From Spirochaetia bacterium (GTDB taxonomy: Bacteria; Spirochaetota; Spirochaetia; DSM-2461), in contig OY764216.1 in assembly GCA_963668315.1 (NCBI GenBank), positions 1,440,001 through 1,504,000 of the forward strand: 64,000 nucleotides of DNA, read 5' to 3'. The notes below the pieces were generated by a model. The model searched no databases. It saw nothing but the letters and a program-made list of their open reading frames with translations, and was not told the origin of the DNA. Made by a program: the position numbers and the translations under genes. Positions 18,082 through 27,106 of this stretch are shown piece by piece (position 1 is the first letter of the stretch; the number at the start of each line of letters is the position of its first letter).

Positions 18082-18366
18082 ATGAAAATAAATGGAATAG
18101 GACCGGTTGATCCGGTAGCCAACTATAACAAAACATCTCGCACCGGTAAAACGGCAGCCAAAAACACATCCGACTCCATCAACGTCTCCGATGAGGCGAT
18201 TAAAACAGCCGATCTCTTTGCCGCCGCAGAGCAGGTAAAATCCGCTCCCGACGTTAGATTGGACAGAATTGCTGAAGTGAAAGCCAAATTGGAAGACCCC
18301 AATTATATTAATGATCGGGTTATCGAATCGGTTGCCGATTCAATTATGGATGTTTTCGGGATCTGA
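18082..18366 (+). CDS. flgM: Anti-sigma28 factor FlgM (alternative GTG start at 18076)
   Basis: MKIN...DSINVSDEA...PDVRLDRIAEVKAKL..PNY...VADSIM. Confidence 0.85.
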   Translation: MKINGIGPVDPVANYNKTSRTGKTAAKNTSDSINVSDEAIKTADLFAAAEQVKSAPDVRLDRIAEVKAKLEDPNYINDRVIESVADSIMDVFGI

Positions 18367-18390
18367 TATCCCCCTGTATAACGAGCAGAG

Positions 18391-18419
18391 AAGACAGAGG
18401 ATGCCTCTGTCTTTTTTTT
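18391..18419 (+). terminator. Intrinsic terminator after flgM
   Basis: AAGACAGAGG-atg-CCTCTGTCTT-T tract. Confidence 0.85.
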
Positions 18420-18439
18420 GCTTTACCGAGGTATGAGCT

Positions 18440-19564
18440 ATGGCTGATTTGAAGATGAATATTCCTCCGGAAGTAATAATCGGTTCGGTTAACCGGCTGG
18501 GGGACGAGGCGGTATTCCTGGGAAACCGCATACTGCTGATTGCCGATTCGGCCCTGGAAGAGGAGATCGGCACGGTTCGGAACATACTGGAGAGCCGGGG
18601 ATTAAGTGTCCTTCTGTTCTCCGATGCCGTTCCCGAAGCGACGACATTTACCCTGGGGGACTCTCTTTCCATGGCAAGGGGCAGCCATGCCAATATCATC
18701 ATAGGTATGGGAGGAGTGAAAACCCTGCAGCTGGCCCGGGCCACGGCTTCTCTGGCGGTGGAAAAGATTTATATCGACGACTATCTGAGGGGAGCCGTAA
18801 GACCGGGCCGGGGACTGCCCTATATCGAAGTTCCCACTTCGGGCAGAAATCCCTATATGTTCCGCTCCGAATGCTTTCTTACCGAAGCTTCGGAAAGATA
18901 TTCCCGCATCTGCCCCATGCCCGAAGAGAGTCTTAAACTAATTTTCATGGATCCCCTTTTTCTTAATTCCTTTTCCGAACGGTATCTCTATATGGCCATG
19001 ATGGATATTATGCTCCACAGCGTGGAAGGCTATCTTTCTCCCAGGGGCTCTTTTTTCTCCAATGTGCAGACCTCCCAGGCCATCTCTCTGGTCTCGTCAC
19101 TGCTGGGGGTCAAGAAGGATGTATCCGGCGGTATTGAACGGTTTTCCACCATATACGAAAGCTCGCTTTTTTCTGCCTACGGCACGGCTCTGAACGGTGT
19201 GGGAGCCGGAACGGTACTCTCCTATGTGCTCAGCGGATACACGGCTAAGCCCAAGGCGGCAATTTCTTCCATATTGCTTCCCCTTATGCTGGAATCCTCC
19301 TTCTATCCCCGGGATGAGAAGAAATCGTCCCTGGCTCAGATCTGTCACCATGATCCTATGCCGGAGGACTTCAAGAAATTAAAGCCGGAAGATGTTATGA
19401 GACGCTTTCAGGGGCTCCACGAACTGCCCTCTGCTTTTTCCGAACTGGGGATAACGCCCCAGCAGTTAAGCGAGGCGGCCTCTCTGACCTATTCGATTCT
19501 GGAAGCCCATATGCCTTCCTTGACTCAGGAAGCCCTTTTTTCTATCCTTCAGGCCGGAATCTGA
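18440..19564 (+). CDS. Iron-containing alcohol dehydrogenase-fold protein, divergent
   Basis: PEVIIG, IIIGMGG, IEVPTS, MDP, DIMLHSVEGYLS, LPSAFSELGI; distal metal histidines appear absent. Confidence 0.7.
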   Translation: MADLKMNIPPEVIIGSVNRLGDEAVFLGNRILLIADSALEEEIGTVRNILESRGLSVLLFSDAVPEATTFTLGDSLSMARGSHANIIIGMGGVKTLQLARATASLAVEKIYIDDYLRGAVRPGRGLPYIEVPTSGRNPYMFRSECFLTEASERYSRICPMPEESLKLIFMDPLFLNSFSERYLYMAMMDIMLHSVEGYLSPRGSFFSNVQTSQAISLVSSLLGVKKDVSGGIERFSTIYESSLFSAYGTALNGVGAGTVLSYVLSGYTAKPKAAISSILLPLMLESSFYPRDEKKSSLAQICHHDPMPEDFKKLKPEDVMRRFQGLHELPSAFSELGITPQQLSEAASLTYSILEAHMPSLTQEALFSILQAGI

Positions 19565-20367
19565 TGATCACCCTGAGGAAACTGGCCTCTCTCAAGGAAG
19601 GAACCCGGCAGAGGAAATATGTCCGTCTCCTCCGGTCCTTTGAGGAGGAGCTGCGTTCACAGGGGGATAAGTTTCTTGACCGGGTCTATCTGAAAGGTCT
19701 TATGCAGCTTATAAGGGAGGATGAATTACTATCGGCGGATATGAGAAACAGAACCGCCCTCTCTATGGAAACTCTGTGGTCAGGAGCAGAACCCGGTGAG
19801 AAAGCCCTTCTGAGGGCCTGCAATAATCTGCGCCACGGTCTGATGGGGGAGCTTCGCATGGAGCCGGGCGACTGGGATCTCATGCCTCCCCATACCGCCT
19901 CTTCGGAGGGTCAGAGACAGTCCCTGCCTGTGTATCTCTATCTGGAGGACATTCGCTCGCCCTTTAATGTGGGAGCTATCTTCCGCACCGCCGAAGCTTT
20001 GGGAGTCCGGGAGATATTTCTCTCTCCCGGTACTGTTTCCCCGTCCCATCCCCGTTCGCTGAGGAGTGCCATGGGAGCTGTCGAGATGATTCCCTGGAAG
20101 CGGCTCTCCCTGGACGAGCTGACAATGCCCTGCTTCGCTCTGGAACTGGGAGGGACCCTGGCTGAAAACTTTGATTTTCCCCGGGACGGAAATCCCTGCT
20201 GCGCCCTGATCGGTTCGGAGGAACTGGGAGTCAGCCCGGAAGGACTTGCACGGGCGGAAGCGTCCCTGGGCCGGGTTTCCCTGGCCATGCGGGGATTCAA
20301 GGGCTCCCTCAATGTTTCGGTGGCCACGGGGATACTCCTTTACCACTGGACCTCCCGAATCCTCTGA
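19564..20367 (+). CDS. TrmH/SpoU family RNA methyltransferase
   Basis: LEDIRSPFNVGAIFRTAEALG, IGSEELGVS, MRGFKGSLNVSVA. Confidence 0.92.
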   Translation: MITLRKLASLKEGTRQRKYVRLLRSFEEELRSQGDKFLDRVYLKGLMQLIREDELLSADMRNRTALSMETLWSGAEPGEKALLRACNNLRHGLMGELRMEPGDWDLMPPHTASSEGQRQSLPVYLYLEDIRSPFNVGAIFRTAEALGVREIFLSPGTVSPSHPRSLRSAMGAVEMIPWKRLSLDELTMPCFALELGGTLAENFDFPRDGNPCCALIGSEELGVSPEGLARAEASLGRVSLAMRGFKGSLNVSVATGILLYHWTSRIL

Positions 20368-20380
20368 AGGGGAACCTGCC

Positions 20381-21157
20381 CTAGAGGCGTGTTCCCATCC
20401 TGTTGCCCGAGGCGTATCTTTTCAGACCTGTACGAAACAGAGTCAGGGAGGAGAGAATAAGAACCCCGTTTCCCGCCATGAGAAAAAAAGCCCTTTTCAG
20501 GGAAAAGTCCATAATCAGCTCCATGGGAATCCAGATAATCAATCCGGCCGGCAGCAGGGTATGCATTATCCAGGTGGAAGTACCCCTGAATATGCTTCCC
20601 GGGTAGGTCCCGAAGGTCAGGATCATGTTGTAGGCCGAAACCGCCAGGCTTTCCCCGTTACCCAGGAAGAAGGTCAGGCTGTGGTAGAAAACATTGGCCG
20701 AGGAGAAGAGTACCGCCGCCAGAAGTGAGAAGAAAAGGAAGAGAACAATGGTTCTGACCGTTAGTTCCTGGGTCAGGAAAAAGAGGATTAACCCGTATGC
20801 CAGATCTCCCCAGCCGGATGTGTTCATGCGGGAACAGAGGATGTTGGGAAGAAGGGGAACAGGCTGAAGAAGATAAACGTCCAGCTCTCCCTGATAGATG
20901 ATCCGGGAGATAAAGCGGCCGTTGCCCATGAATACCTCATTCAGACCGAATCCCGCCGTTGCGAGCGACCAGAGAAGCATGACTTCCCTGAATCCATAGC
21001 CGTTGATGTCACCCACCTTTTCGAACAGAATGAGCCAGAAGAAGATAAAAGCCGTGTTATTAAGGATCATGCCGCCCGCCTGAATGAGGAAGGAGAAGCG
21101 GTATTCCATGGCCGAAGCCAGGTTGAATCTAATGTATTTTCCTATCAGTCTGAACAT
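20381..21157 (-). CDS. ABC-2 exporter permease (ABC2_membrane_6/DUF990 type)
   Basis: MEYRFSF, IYQGELDVYLLQP, YPGSIF, GLKRYAS. Confidence 0.85.
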   Translation of the reverse strand: MFRLIGKYIRFNLASAMEYRFSFLIQAGGMILNNTAFIFFWLILFEKVGDINGYGFREVMLLWSLATAGFGLNEVFMGNGRFISRIIYQGELDVYLLQPVPLLPNILCSRMNTSGWGDLAYGLILFFLTQELTVRTIVLFLFFSLLAAVLFSSANVFYHSLTFFLGNGESLAVSAYNMILTFGTYPGSIFRGTSTWIMHTLLPAGLIIWIPMELIMDFSLKRAFFLMAGNGVLILSSLTLFRTGLKRYASGNRMGTRL

Positions 21158-21158
21158 T

Positions 21159-21950
21159 TCAGCCTCCCTGTACATGAACTTTTCTTACCGCTGAAGCAAA
21201 AAGCAGCCGGGCGGCAAGACTTAACAGAAGGATATATACAATCTGGCCGGCCAGTCCCGTGATGAAGACTTCGGGAGAGAAATCGACCATAGTCAGAGCG
21301 GGCCAGTAGGCGGAGTAGGCGAAGGGAAGCCGTTTGGCCGTGCCCTGGAGCCAGTCGGGGAAGAAATCGATGGGGAAGAACATACCGCCCGCGATGAAGA
21401 TCAGCTTCTGGAAAATCCAGTAGAAAGGGGTCACGTCTTCCGTCCAGAATGCCAGGAGGCCGATGGTGAGCATCCACAGGGTATTGAGAAGCAGTCCGCC
21501 GACAATCAGGATAAGGCCGAAGGGAAGGGCCCGCGTATATCCGGGAAGGGGACCGACGAAAAAAAATGCCGAAATGAAGCCAAGTAAAAGAATGGGGACG
21601 ACTTTCACAAGGCTCTCGCCCATGGCCCGGGCCGTTTTGAACCCGTTGTAGGAGTAGGGCCTGTTGAGAGCATAGGCGATGGAGCCGTCTTTTACTTCCT
21701 CCTGTATGGTCTGATAGATGCGGGATTTGGAGAGTTCCACCGTTTCGGTAAATGTCAGGTACCAGAGGGTCTGGGTTATGGTCAATCCGGCTATGAGCGT
21801 CATATCCCCGTAGATGACCCGCCACAATGAGAAAAAAACGAATATTATAACCAGGAAAAAGATGTTCCCTGTAACAAAAGCGGGGAGGTAGGCCAGTTGA
21901 TCCCGGAGTGTGCACTGGAAGATTTTCAGGTATTTTCTTATGTGCTTCAT
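21159..21950 (-). CDS. ABC-2 exporter permease (ABC2_membrane_6 type)
   Basis: VKDGSIAYALNRP, GGMFFPIDFFP, LPF, VHVQGG C-terminus; ATGA overlap with the ATPase. Confidence 0.85.
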   Translation of the reverse strand: MKHIRKYLKIFQCTLRDQLAYLPAFVTGNIFFLVIIFVFFSLWRVIYGDMTLIAGLTITQTLWYLTFTETVELSKSRIYQTIQEEVKDGSIAYALNRPYSYNGFKTARAMGESLVKVVPILLLGFISAFFFVGPLPGYTRALPFGLILIVGGLLLNTLWMLTIGLLAFWTEDVTPFYWIFQKLIFIAGGMFFPIDFFPDWLQGTAKRLPFAYSAYWPALTMVDFSPEVFITGLAGQIVYILLLSLAARLLFASAVRKVHVQGG

Positions 21951-22939
21951 GCCAGTTCCCCCTGGTAAATCAATGAAATCACCTCCTCCATGGGAATGGG
22001 GGAGATATTGATGTCCTGGACGGAGTTTTCCCTTATGAGCGCCTCCAGTACATCCTTCATATCTATCTGTGTCAGATCCACTTCCAGCTTTGCCGAATAG
22101 GGGCGGCTCTTCAGAAGGGATACCCCCTCCATGGAGAGTCTCAGCTCCTCTTCCAGCTTCACATCGACGATTCGCCTGTTCAGAAGAGTATACTTCATAT
22201 CTTTGACCGTTCCGTCCCACACGGCGGTGCCCTCATTGATGACGATAACCCGGCGGCAGAGTTTTTCTATATCCCCCGCATCGTGGGAAGTGAGAAAGAC
22301 TGTTATTCCGCTCTCCTCATTCATTCTTTTGATAAGATCGCGAATGCGGGCCTTTACTACCACGTCCAGTCCGATGCTCGGCTCGTCCAGAAAGAGAATC
22401 TCCGGGCTGTGGATGAGGGAGGCGGCGATCTCGCAGCGTATTCTCTGCCCCAGTGAGAGCTTTCTTACGGGCCGGTCGATAAAGTCGCCGATTTCGAATA
22501 TCTCCCTCAGATAGTCCACCCGGCGGGCTGTCTCCCGGCTCGTCATATTGTAGATACTGCCCAGGAGGTTAAAGGAATCCGAAGCGGGTAGGTGGTACCA
22601 GAGCTGGCTTTTCTGGCCAAAGACGGTTCCGATTTTCAAAGACAGGGCTTTCCTTTGCTTATGAGGATTCATCCCCAGGACAGAAATCGATCCTGAATCG
22701 GGATAGAGGATTCCGGTAATCAGCTTGATCGTGGTGGATTTTCCCGCGCCGTTGGGACCGATGAAAGCCAGCATTTCGCCCCGGGAAACGGAAAAGCTGA
22801 TATCCTTGACCGCTTCGACCCTTCCATACTGCGGTTTGAACAGTCTGCCCAACCGTTGAACCGGACCGTTTTTGTCTGCCCGATTTCCCGCGAGAACCGT
22901 TTTGAATCCTTTGTTCAAATTTTCAATTTCCAATACCAT
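21947..22939 (-). CDS. ABC exporter ATP-binding protein (DrrA/NatA-like)
   Basis: GPNGAGKST, FGQKSQLW, LSLGQR, LDEPSIGLD, TSHD; GGAGG RBS. Confidence 0.93.
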   Translation of the reverse strand: MVLEIENLNKGFKTVLAGNRADKNGPVQRLGRLFKPQYGRVEAVKDISFSVSRGEMLAFIGPNGAGKSTTIKLITGILYPDSGSISVLGMNPHKQRKALSLKIGTVFGQKSQLWYHLPASDSFNLLGSIYNMTSRETARRVDYLREIFEIGDFIDRPVRKLSLGQRIRCEIAASLIHSPEILFLDEPSIGLDVVVKARIRDLIKRMNEESGITVFLTSHDAGDIEKLCRRVIVINEGTAVWDGTVKDMKYTLLNRRIVDVKLEEELRLSMEGVSLLKSRPYSAKLEVDLTQIDMKDVLEALIRENSVQDINISPIPMEEVISLIYQGELA

Positions 22940-22956
22940 AGTCAACCTCCCCGAAT

Positions 22957-22995
22957 AAAAAAAAGGCCCTCCGGAAAATCGTTCCGAAGGGCCTT
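22957..22995 (-). terminator. Attenuator terminator in the leader of the ABC operon
   Basis: AAGGCCCTTCGGAA-cgatt-TTCCGGAGGGCCTT followed by a T tract, directly upstream of the RBS. Confidence 0.85.
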
Positions 22996-23015
22996 GTCTC
23001 AGCGTAACTTATATA

Positions 23016-23111
23016 CTACGGCTTAAGCAGGACCTCCCCCCGGAAATAACCTTTATAAAGGACTACGGGTGAGACGTGCATAATATAAGTCATAGGATAA
23101 TTTTTATTCAT
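23016..23111 (-). CDS. Putative leader peptide MNKNYPMTYIMHVSPVVLYKGYFRGEVLLKP (31 aa)
   Basis: Translated by hand; begins 6 nt after a TGt-AATAGT element and ends within the antiterminator strand. Confidence 0.6.
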   Translation of the reverse strand: MNKNYPMTYIMHVSPVVLYKGYFRGEVLLKP

Positions 23112-23151
23112 TTGTTTACTATTACACCGGAATCCAAGTTTTAGTCAAGGG

Positions 23152-23700
23152 TTATTCCGGGATGTCCCAGGTGGCGAACTGGCTGGGATATTTAGCTTCC
23201 AGGAGTCTCAGCAGTTCCTCTCCTCTCTTTGATCCCTTGTCTTTATAGGAGGTTAAGTCCATTTTCACGGGCAGCTTTAACCCGCCTCCCTTGGAGGTGG
23301 TCGTGGAGAAAACAACAGGGCAGAGGGTTAATGCTCCCTCCTCCAGCGAAAAGGAGGCAAAATCATCATCGTAGAATTTACGTTCGCTGTCGGGTATATC
23401 CCCGGAGCCGTTGTACTGGAAATAGGTCTGGGAGATATAATAGTCCCCCGGGGGGAGCCTTTTTTCCAGATTATATTCATCGGAAGGATTAAGGCGGACA
23501 TCTTCTACCGACTCTGTCGAATCGATAGGGGATATGACGGCATAGTAACTGCCGAAAGGGGTGGCCCCCTCATCTTTCTCATTTGCCAGGGGAATAAGCA
23601 GAAGGGTGGATTCCGGCTTCATGGCAGACAGGGTGGTCGTCCGGCATCCGGACAGAATAACGAGGGCGGCAAATATTCCCAGAATAGCTGTTTTCTTCAT
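23152..23700 (-). CDS. Hypothetical lipoprotein
   Basis: MKKTAILGIFAALVILSGC lipobox; AAGGAG RBS. Confidence 0.8.
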   Translation of the reverse strand: MKKTAILGIFAALVILSGCRTTTLSAMKPESTLLLIPLANEKDEGATPFGSYYAVISPIDSTESVEDVRLNPSDEYNLEKRLPPGDYYISQTYFQYNGSGDIPDSERKFYDDDFASFSLEEGALTLCPVVFSTTTSKGGGLKLPVKMDLTSYKDKGSKRGEELLRLLEAKYPSQFATWDIPE

Positions 23701-23828
23701 AGGCATGACTCCTTACGCCGTATTATAGGGCAGTTTCGAATAAAAATCCATGCGGGTTTTTTCAGGAAAACCAAGTCCTTCCCACTGGCGCGATACGGGA
23801 TTTATGTAAATAAATACAAGAAGAATCA

Positions 23829-23857
23829 TTGATTCTCCTTTTCATCAGGCTTATAGT
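23829..23857 (+). promoter_or_regulatory. sigma70 promoter, leaderless configuration
   Basis: TTGATT-17-TATAGT, ATG 6 nt downstream, no SD. Confidence 0.65.
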
Positions 23858-23863
23858 TGTTTT

Positions 23864-24427
23864 ATGGATAAAATTTGCGTTTTCTGCGGTTCCAGTTCAG
23901 GTAAGGATCCTCTGTACGGGAAAGCCGCCGGGCAGCTGGGACGCTTTCTCTCGGAGAAGCATATAGCTCTTATTTACGGAGGCGGGGATTCGGGGCTCAT
24001 GGGAGCCGTTTCCCGTGCCCATTTTGAATCGGGGGGAAAAACGGTGGGTATCATTCCCAAAGCCCTTAAAGAGATGGTTCCCCACAGGGATAAGGTGGAG
24101 CTCCATGTGGTGGAGGATATGCACCAGAGAAAGGCTATGATGTATGATATGAGCGACGGTTTCATCGCCCTTCCCGGCGGGATCGGTACGCTGGAGGAGC
24201 TGTTCGAGGCGTTCACCTGGAATCAGCTCGGATATATGGATAAGCCTCTGGGACTCCTGAACGCCGGCGGTTATTATGACGGCCTTATTGATTTTATCGA
24301 TAGTATGACGGAGCGGGGTTTTTTAAAACCGGTTCACCGGCAGAGGCTTGTTCTCTCGGACGATCCGGAGGAACTGCTGAGTCTCATGGAAACGGCTCCC
24401 GGCGGTTTTGTCGGGAAATGGGGGTAG
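23864..24427 (+). CDS. LOG family nucleotide phosphoribohydrolase (TIGR00730)
   Basis: ICVFCGSS, IYGGG, GLMG, MHQRKAMM, PGGIGTLEE. Confidence 0.93.
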   Translation: MDKICVFCGSSSGKDPLYGKAAGQLGRFLSEKHIALIYGGGDSGLMGAVSRAHFESGGKTVGIIPKALKEMVPHRDKVELHVVEDMHQRKAMMYDMSDGFIALPGGIGTLEELFEAFTWNQLGYMDKPLGLLNAGGYYDGLIDFIDSMTERGFLKPVHRQRLVLSDDPEELLSLMETAPGGFVGKWG

Positions 24428-24429
24428 AC

Positions 24430-24969
24430 ATGTTCAAGGGAATTATTAAACTGGTTTTAATCCTTAACTCTAACCAGAAACCCTGGCAGATCGCCGGTGC
24501 GGCGGCGATGGGCCTTTTAATGGCCCTTGTTCCGGCGGGGAATCTCCTGTGGATTTTTCTGCTTCTTCTCCTTTTCCTGTTAAGGATCAATCGTGCCATA
24601 GGTCTCTTGTTTCTTCTCATTTTCAGGTTATTTGCCCCCCTGTATGATCCTCTTCTGGATAATCTGGGGTATAGTCTGCTGACAATGGCTTCTTTGAAAA
24701 CCTTCTGGGAATCCTTGTATAATCTTCCTGTCGTACCCTTTACCATGTTTAATGACAGCCTTGTCATGGGGGGGCTTGCGGCCGGGCTGGTCCTGTTTGT
24801 TCCGGTTACTCTGCTGTTCCGCCTGCTGGTGACCCTTTATCGGAACAAAATCGTCCCCCTGTGGTGTCATAGTAAAATCTATAATAAGCTTAAGAACATA
24901 CCCTGGATCAAAAAGCTGGCCGGAGCTTTTTCTGCCGGTGCCAGAGCTGTAAAAGTGGGGAGGAGCTGA
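24430..24969 (+). CDS. TIGR03546-like membrane protein
   Basis: LNSNQKPWQIA, FNDSLVMGGL; precedes a TIGR03545-like gene. Confidence 0.75.
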   Translation: MFKGIIKLVLILNSNQKPWQIAGAAAMGLLMALVPAGNLLWIFLLLLLFLLRINRAIGLLFLLIFRLFAPLYDPLLDNLGYSLLTMASLKTFWESLYNLPVVPFTMFNDSLVMGGLAAGLVLFVPVTLLFRLLVTLYRNKIVPLWCHSKIYNKLKNIPWIKKLAGAFSAGARAVKVGRS

Positions 24970-24971
24970 TC

Positions 24972-27077
24972 ATGGGATGGCCGAAATATCTAAGGAAAAC
25001 CTATACGAAGGAAGAGCTGGAGAAAAAAGTTCTTAAGAAGCTGCAGATGCCCCATGACCGGGAATTCCTGAAAGCCCTTTTCATCTCGGAAAAACGGGGT
25101 GAATGGCATCTGAAAGCACAGCTGGACAAGGAAGAGAAAAAGCGTCTGAAAAAAATCGTCAAGGAGATTAAAAAAGGACGGGGCGGTGTGAAGGTTCTAC
25201 CCCTGGTCATTTTGCTGATTCTCATTGCCGGAGCCGTCGTTTTTTCCCTTTTCTTTAAAAATCCCCTGGCAGAACGGCTTCTCGTCTCCTCGCTGGAGTC
25301 TCTCTTCGGCGCGACCGTCGATGTGGAAGGCGTGTCCCTTACCTTAGTCCCGCCGGAATTCCGCTGGGACAGGATTGCCGTTACCGATGCCGATGACCTG
25401 GATACGAATCTGTTTGAAGTGGGGGAGACAATTATCGGATTGAACGGACGGGCTCTTCTGGAAAGAAAAGTCGTGATAGACAACCTGGTCAGCCTTGACG
25501 CCCGATGGGGGACTCCCCGGGAAAGGGCGGGTAAACTGGTCGTTTCCGAGCCCCGGGAAGGGGGGGACGGGAATAACGCTTCCGGTACAGCAGGAGAAGA
25601 GGAAGAGAGAAGCAGCTTGTTTTCCCCTGAGAATTTCGAGACGGAACAGACGGATCTGATTGTCCAGGCCGCCTCCGATCCCCGGGCGTTCGTCGACGAG
25701 CAGTGGGATTCCCTGAAAACGCCCGCCCTGGCGGAAGAACTCTCCGATAAGTATAAATCAGAGCTGGATACGAGGAAAACATCGCAGAACACTCTGCGGG
25801 GCGAATCCAAAACGGTCGTTTCGGGCGGGCAGGACTTCCTGGCCAGGGATTTTTCCCGGTATAAAAGTCATCCCGACGAGATACCCGCTCTGGTGAACGA
25901 GGCGAATGATTATTACGGGGAAGTGAATGATCTCAAGGATGATCTGGATAATGAACTGAAAGCCATAAACCGTCTGCGCCGGTCCATTCTGGAGGATAAG
26001 GATGCCTTGAATGCGGCCAGAAAAGAGGATATGGATCGGGTTAAGTCTTTGATTGTCATGCCCGAAGGTGGTATCCGGGGAATGGTGGACGGTATGGTTC
26101 GTTCCTACCTCTACTCTCTTCTGGGGGATAAATTCCTCAAGGCCGAGAAGATAGCCCGCTTCATCAAGCGTTACAGAGAGGAAGGGGAAGATAAGAATGG
26201 TGAAGGGAACAGACCGGGGCGGCATGGCCGCGTTGTCTCCTTTGCCGCGGTCAGCTGGCCTGATTTCCTTCTACGCAACGCCGCCGTTTCTGCATCGGGA
26301 GGGGGGTTAACCTGGGACGCCTCCCTGAATGACCTGGCCGGAGATCCCGAGCAGTGGGATGAACCGGTGGCGACCCATCTGATTATAGACAGGGGCGACG
26401 GCTCCCTGGAGGGGGACGGTACCTGGGAAAGAAGAGAGAATGTCGAAAATCCGAGTCAGGGCGATTTCGTCTTTACCGGGCTGCCTATGGAAACGGAGGC
26501 TTTGGGAAGACTGGGTATTTGCCATGCGGAAGGGCAGACCGACGGAACGGCTGAACTGACCGTGATACGGGACGGCTCCTGGGAATTCGCCGCGGACGTG
26601 ACGGTAAAGGAGCCCGCTCTGGAGAAAAGCGGAGACGATATGGTAGCCAATGTGGTCTACCGGGTTTTGGCCGGGGAGGATTGGGATATAAGCCTGACCG
26701 CTTCAGGAGAGGGAAGCGATATGGATATGAAACTGGACTGGCCTCTGCTTGACCGGGTGGATGATGAGATCGGGGCCCAGCTTAAGGAACAGGCCGATGC
26801 TTACCTGGCGGATGTACAGGAAGAACTTCTGGGCCGTTATGGTGAGGAAGCGGCCTTTCTTGATGATTACCTGGGCGATCTGGATGACTGGGAGTCTCTC
26901 CTTAAGGGGGATTTATCATCCCTTGATAAGACCAAGAACGATATGGATGCAAAAGTGGAAGAAACAAAGAAAGAGGTCGCCGATCAAGCTCAGGAAGAGG
27001 TTGGTAAAGTACTGGAAGAGACAGGGCTGGGAGACAAGCTCGATGATGTGCAGAACTCCCTGCCCTTTAAATTTTAA
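24972..27077 (+). CDS. TIGR03545-like (AsmA-related) membrane-anchored protein
   Basis: Single TM, FGATVDV, IAVTD..D..TNLFE, WGTPR, coiled middle, GRVVSF...PDFLL. Confidence 0.7.
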   Translation: MGWPKYLRKTYTKEELEKKVLKKLQMPHDREFLKALFISEKRGEWHLKAQLDKEEKKRLKKIVKEIKKGRGGVKVLPLVILLILIAGAVVFSLFFKNPLAERLLVSSLESLFGATVDVEGVSLTLVPPEFRWDRIAVTDADDLDTNLFEVGETIIGLNGRALLERKVVIDNLVSLDARWGTPRERAGKLVVSEPREGGDGNNASGTAGEEEERSSLFSPENFETEQTDLIVQAASDPRAFVDEQWDSLKTPALAEELSDKYKSELDTRKTSQNTLRGESKTVVSGGQDFLARDFSRYKSHPDEIPALVNEANDYYGEVNDLKDDLDNELKAINRLRRSILEDKDALNAARKEDMDRVKSLIVMPEGGIRGMVDGMVRSYLYSLLGDKFLKAEKIARFIKRYREEGEDKNGEGNRPGRHGRVVSFAAVSWPDFLLRNAAVSASGGGLTWDASLNDLAGDPEQWDEPVATHLIIDRGDGSLEGDGTWERRENVENPSQGDFVFTGLPMETEALGRLGICHAEGQTDGTAELTVIRDGSWEFAADVTVKEPALEKSGDDMVANVVYRVLAGEDWDISLTASGEGSDMDMKLDWPLLDRVDDEIGAQLKEQADAYLADVQEELLGRYGEEAAFLDDYLGDLDDWESLLKGDLSSLDKTKNDMDAKVEETKKEVADQAQEEVGKVLEETGLGDKLDDVQNSLPFKF

Positions 27078-27103
27078 CGATTCCGGCTTAATCGCCGGAG
27101 CCG
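27078..27103. terminator. Short hairpin between convergent genes
   Basis: TCCGGC-ttaatc-GCCGGA. Confidence 0.4.
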
Positions 27104-27106
27104 GTT

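Noticed and set aside
22957..23111. T-box or known metabolite riboswitch
   Set aside because: No GGTGGNACCGCG T-box or recognisable aptamer core; uORF attenuation fits better
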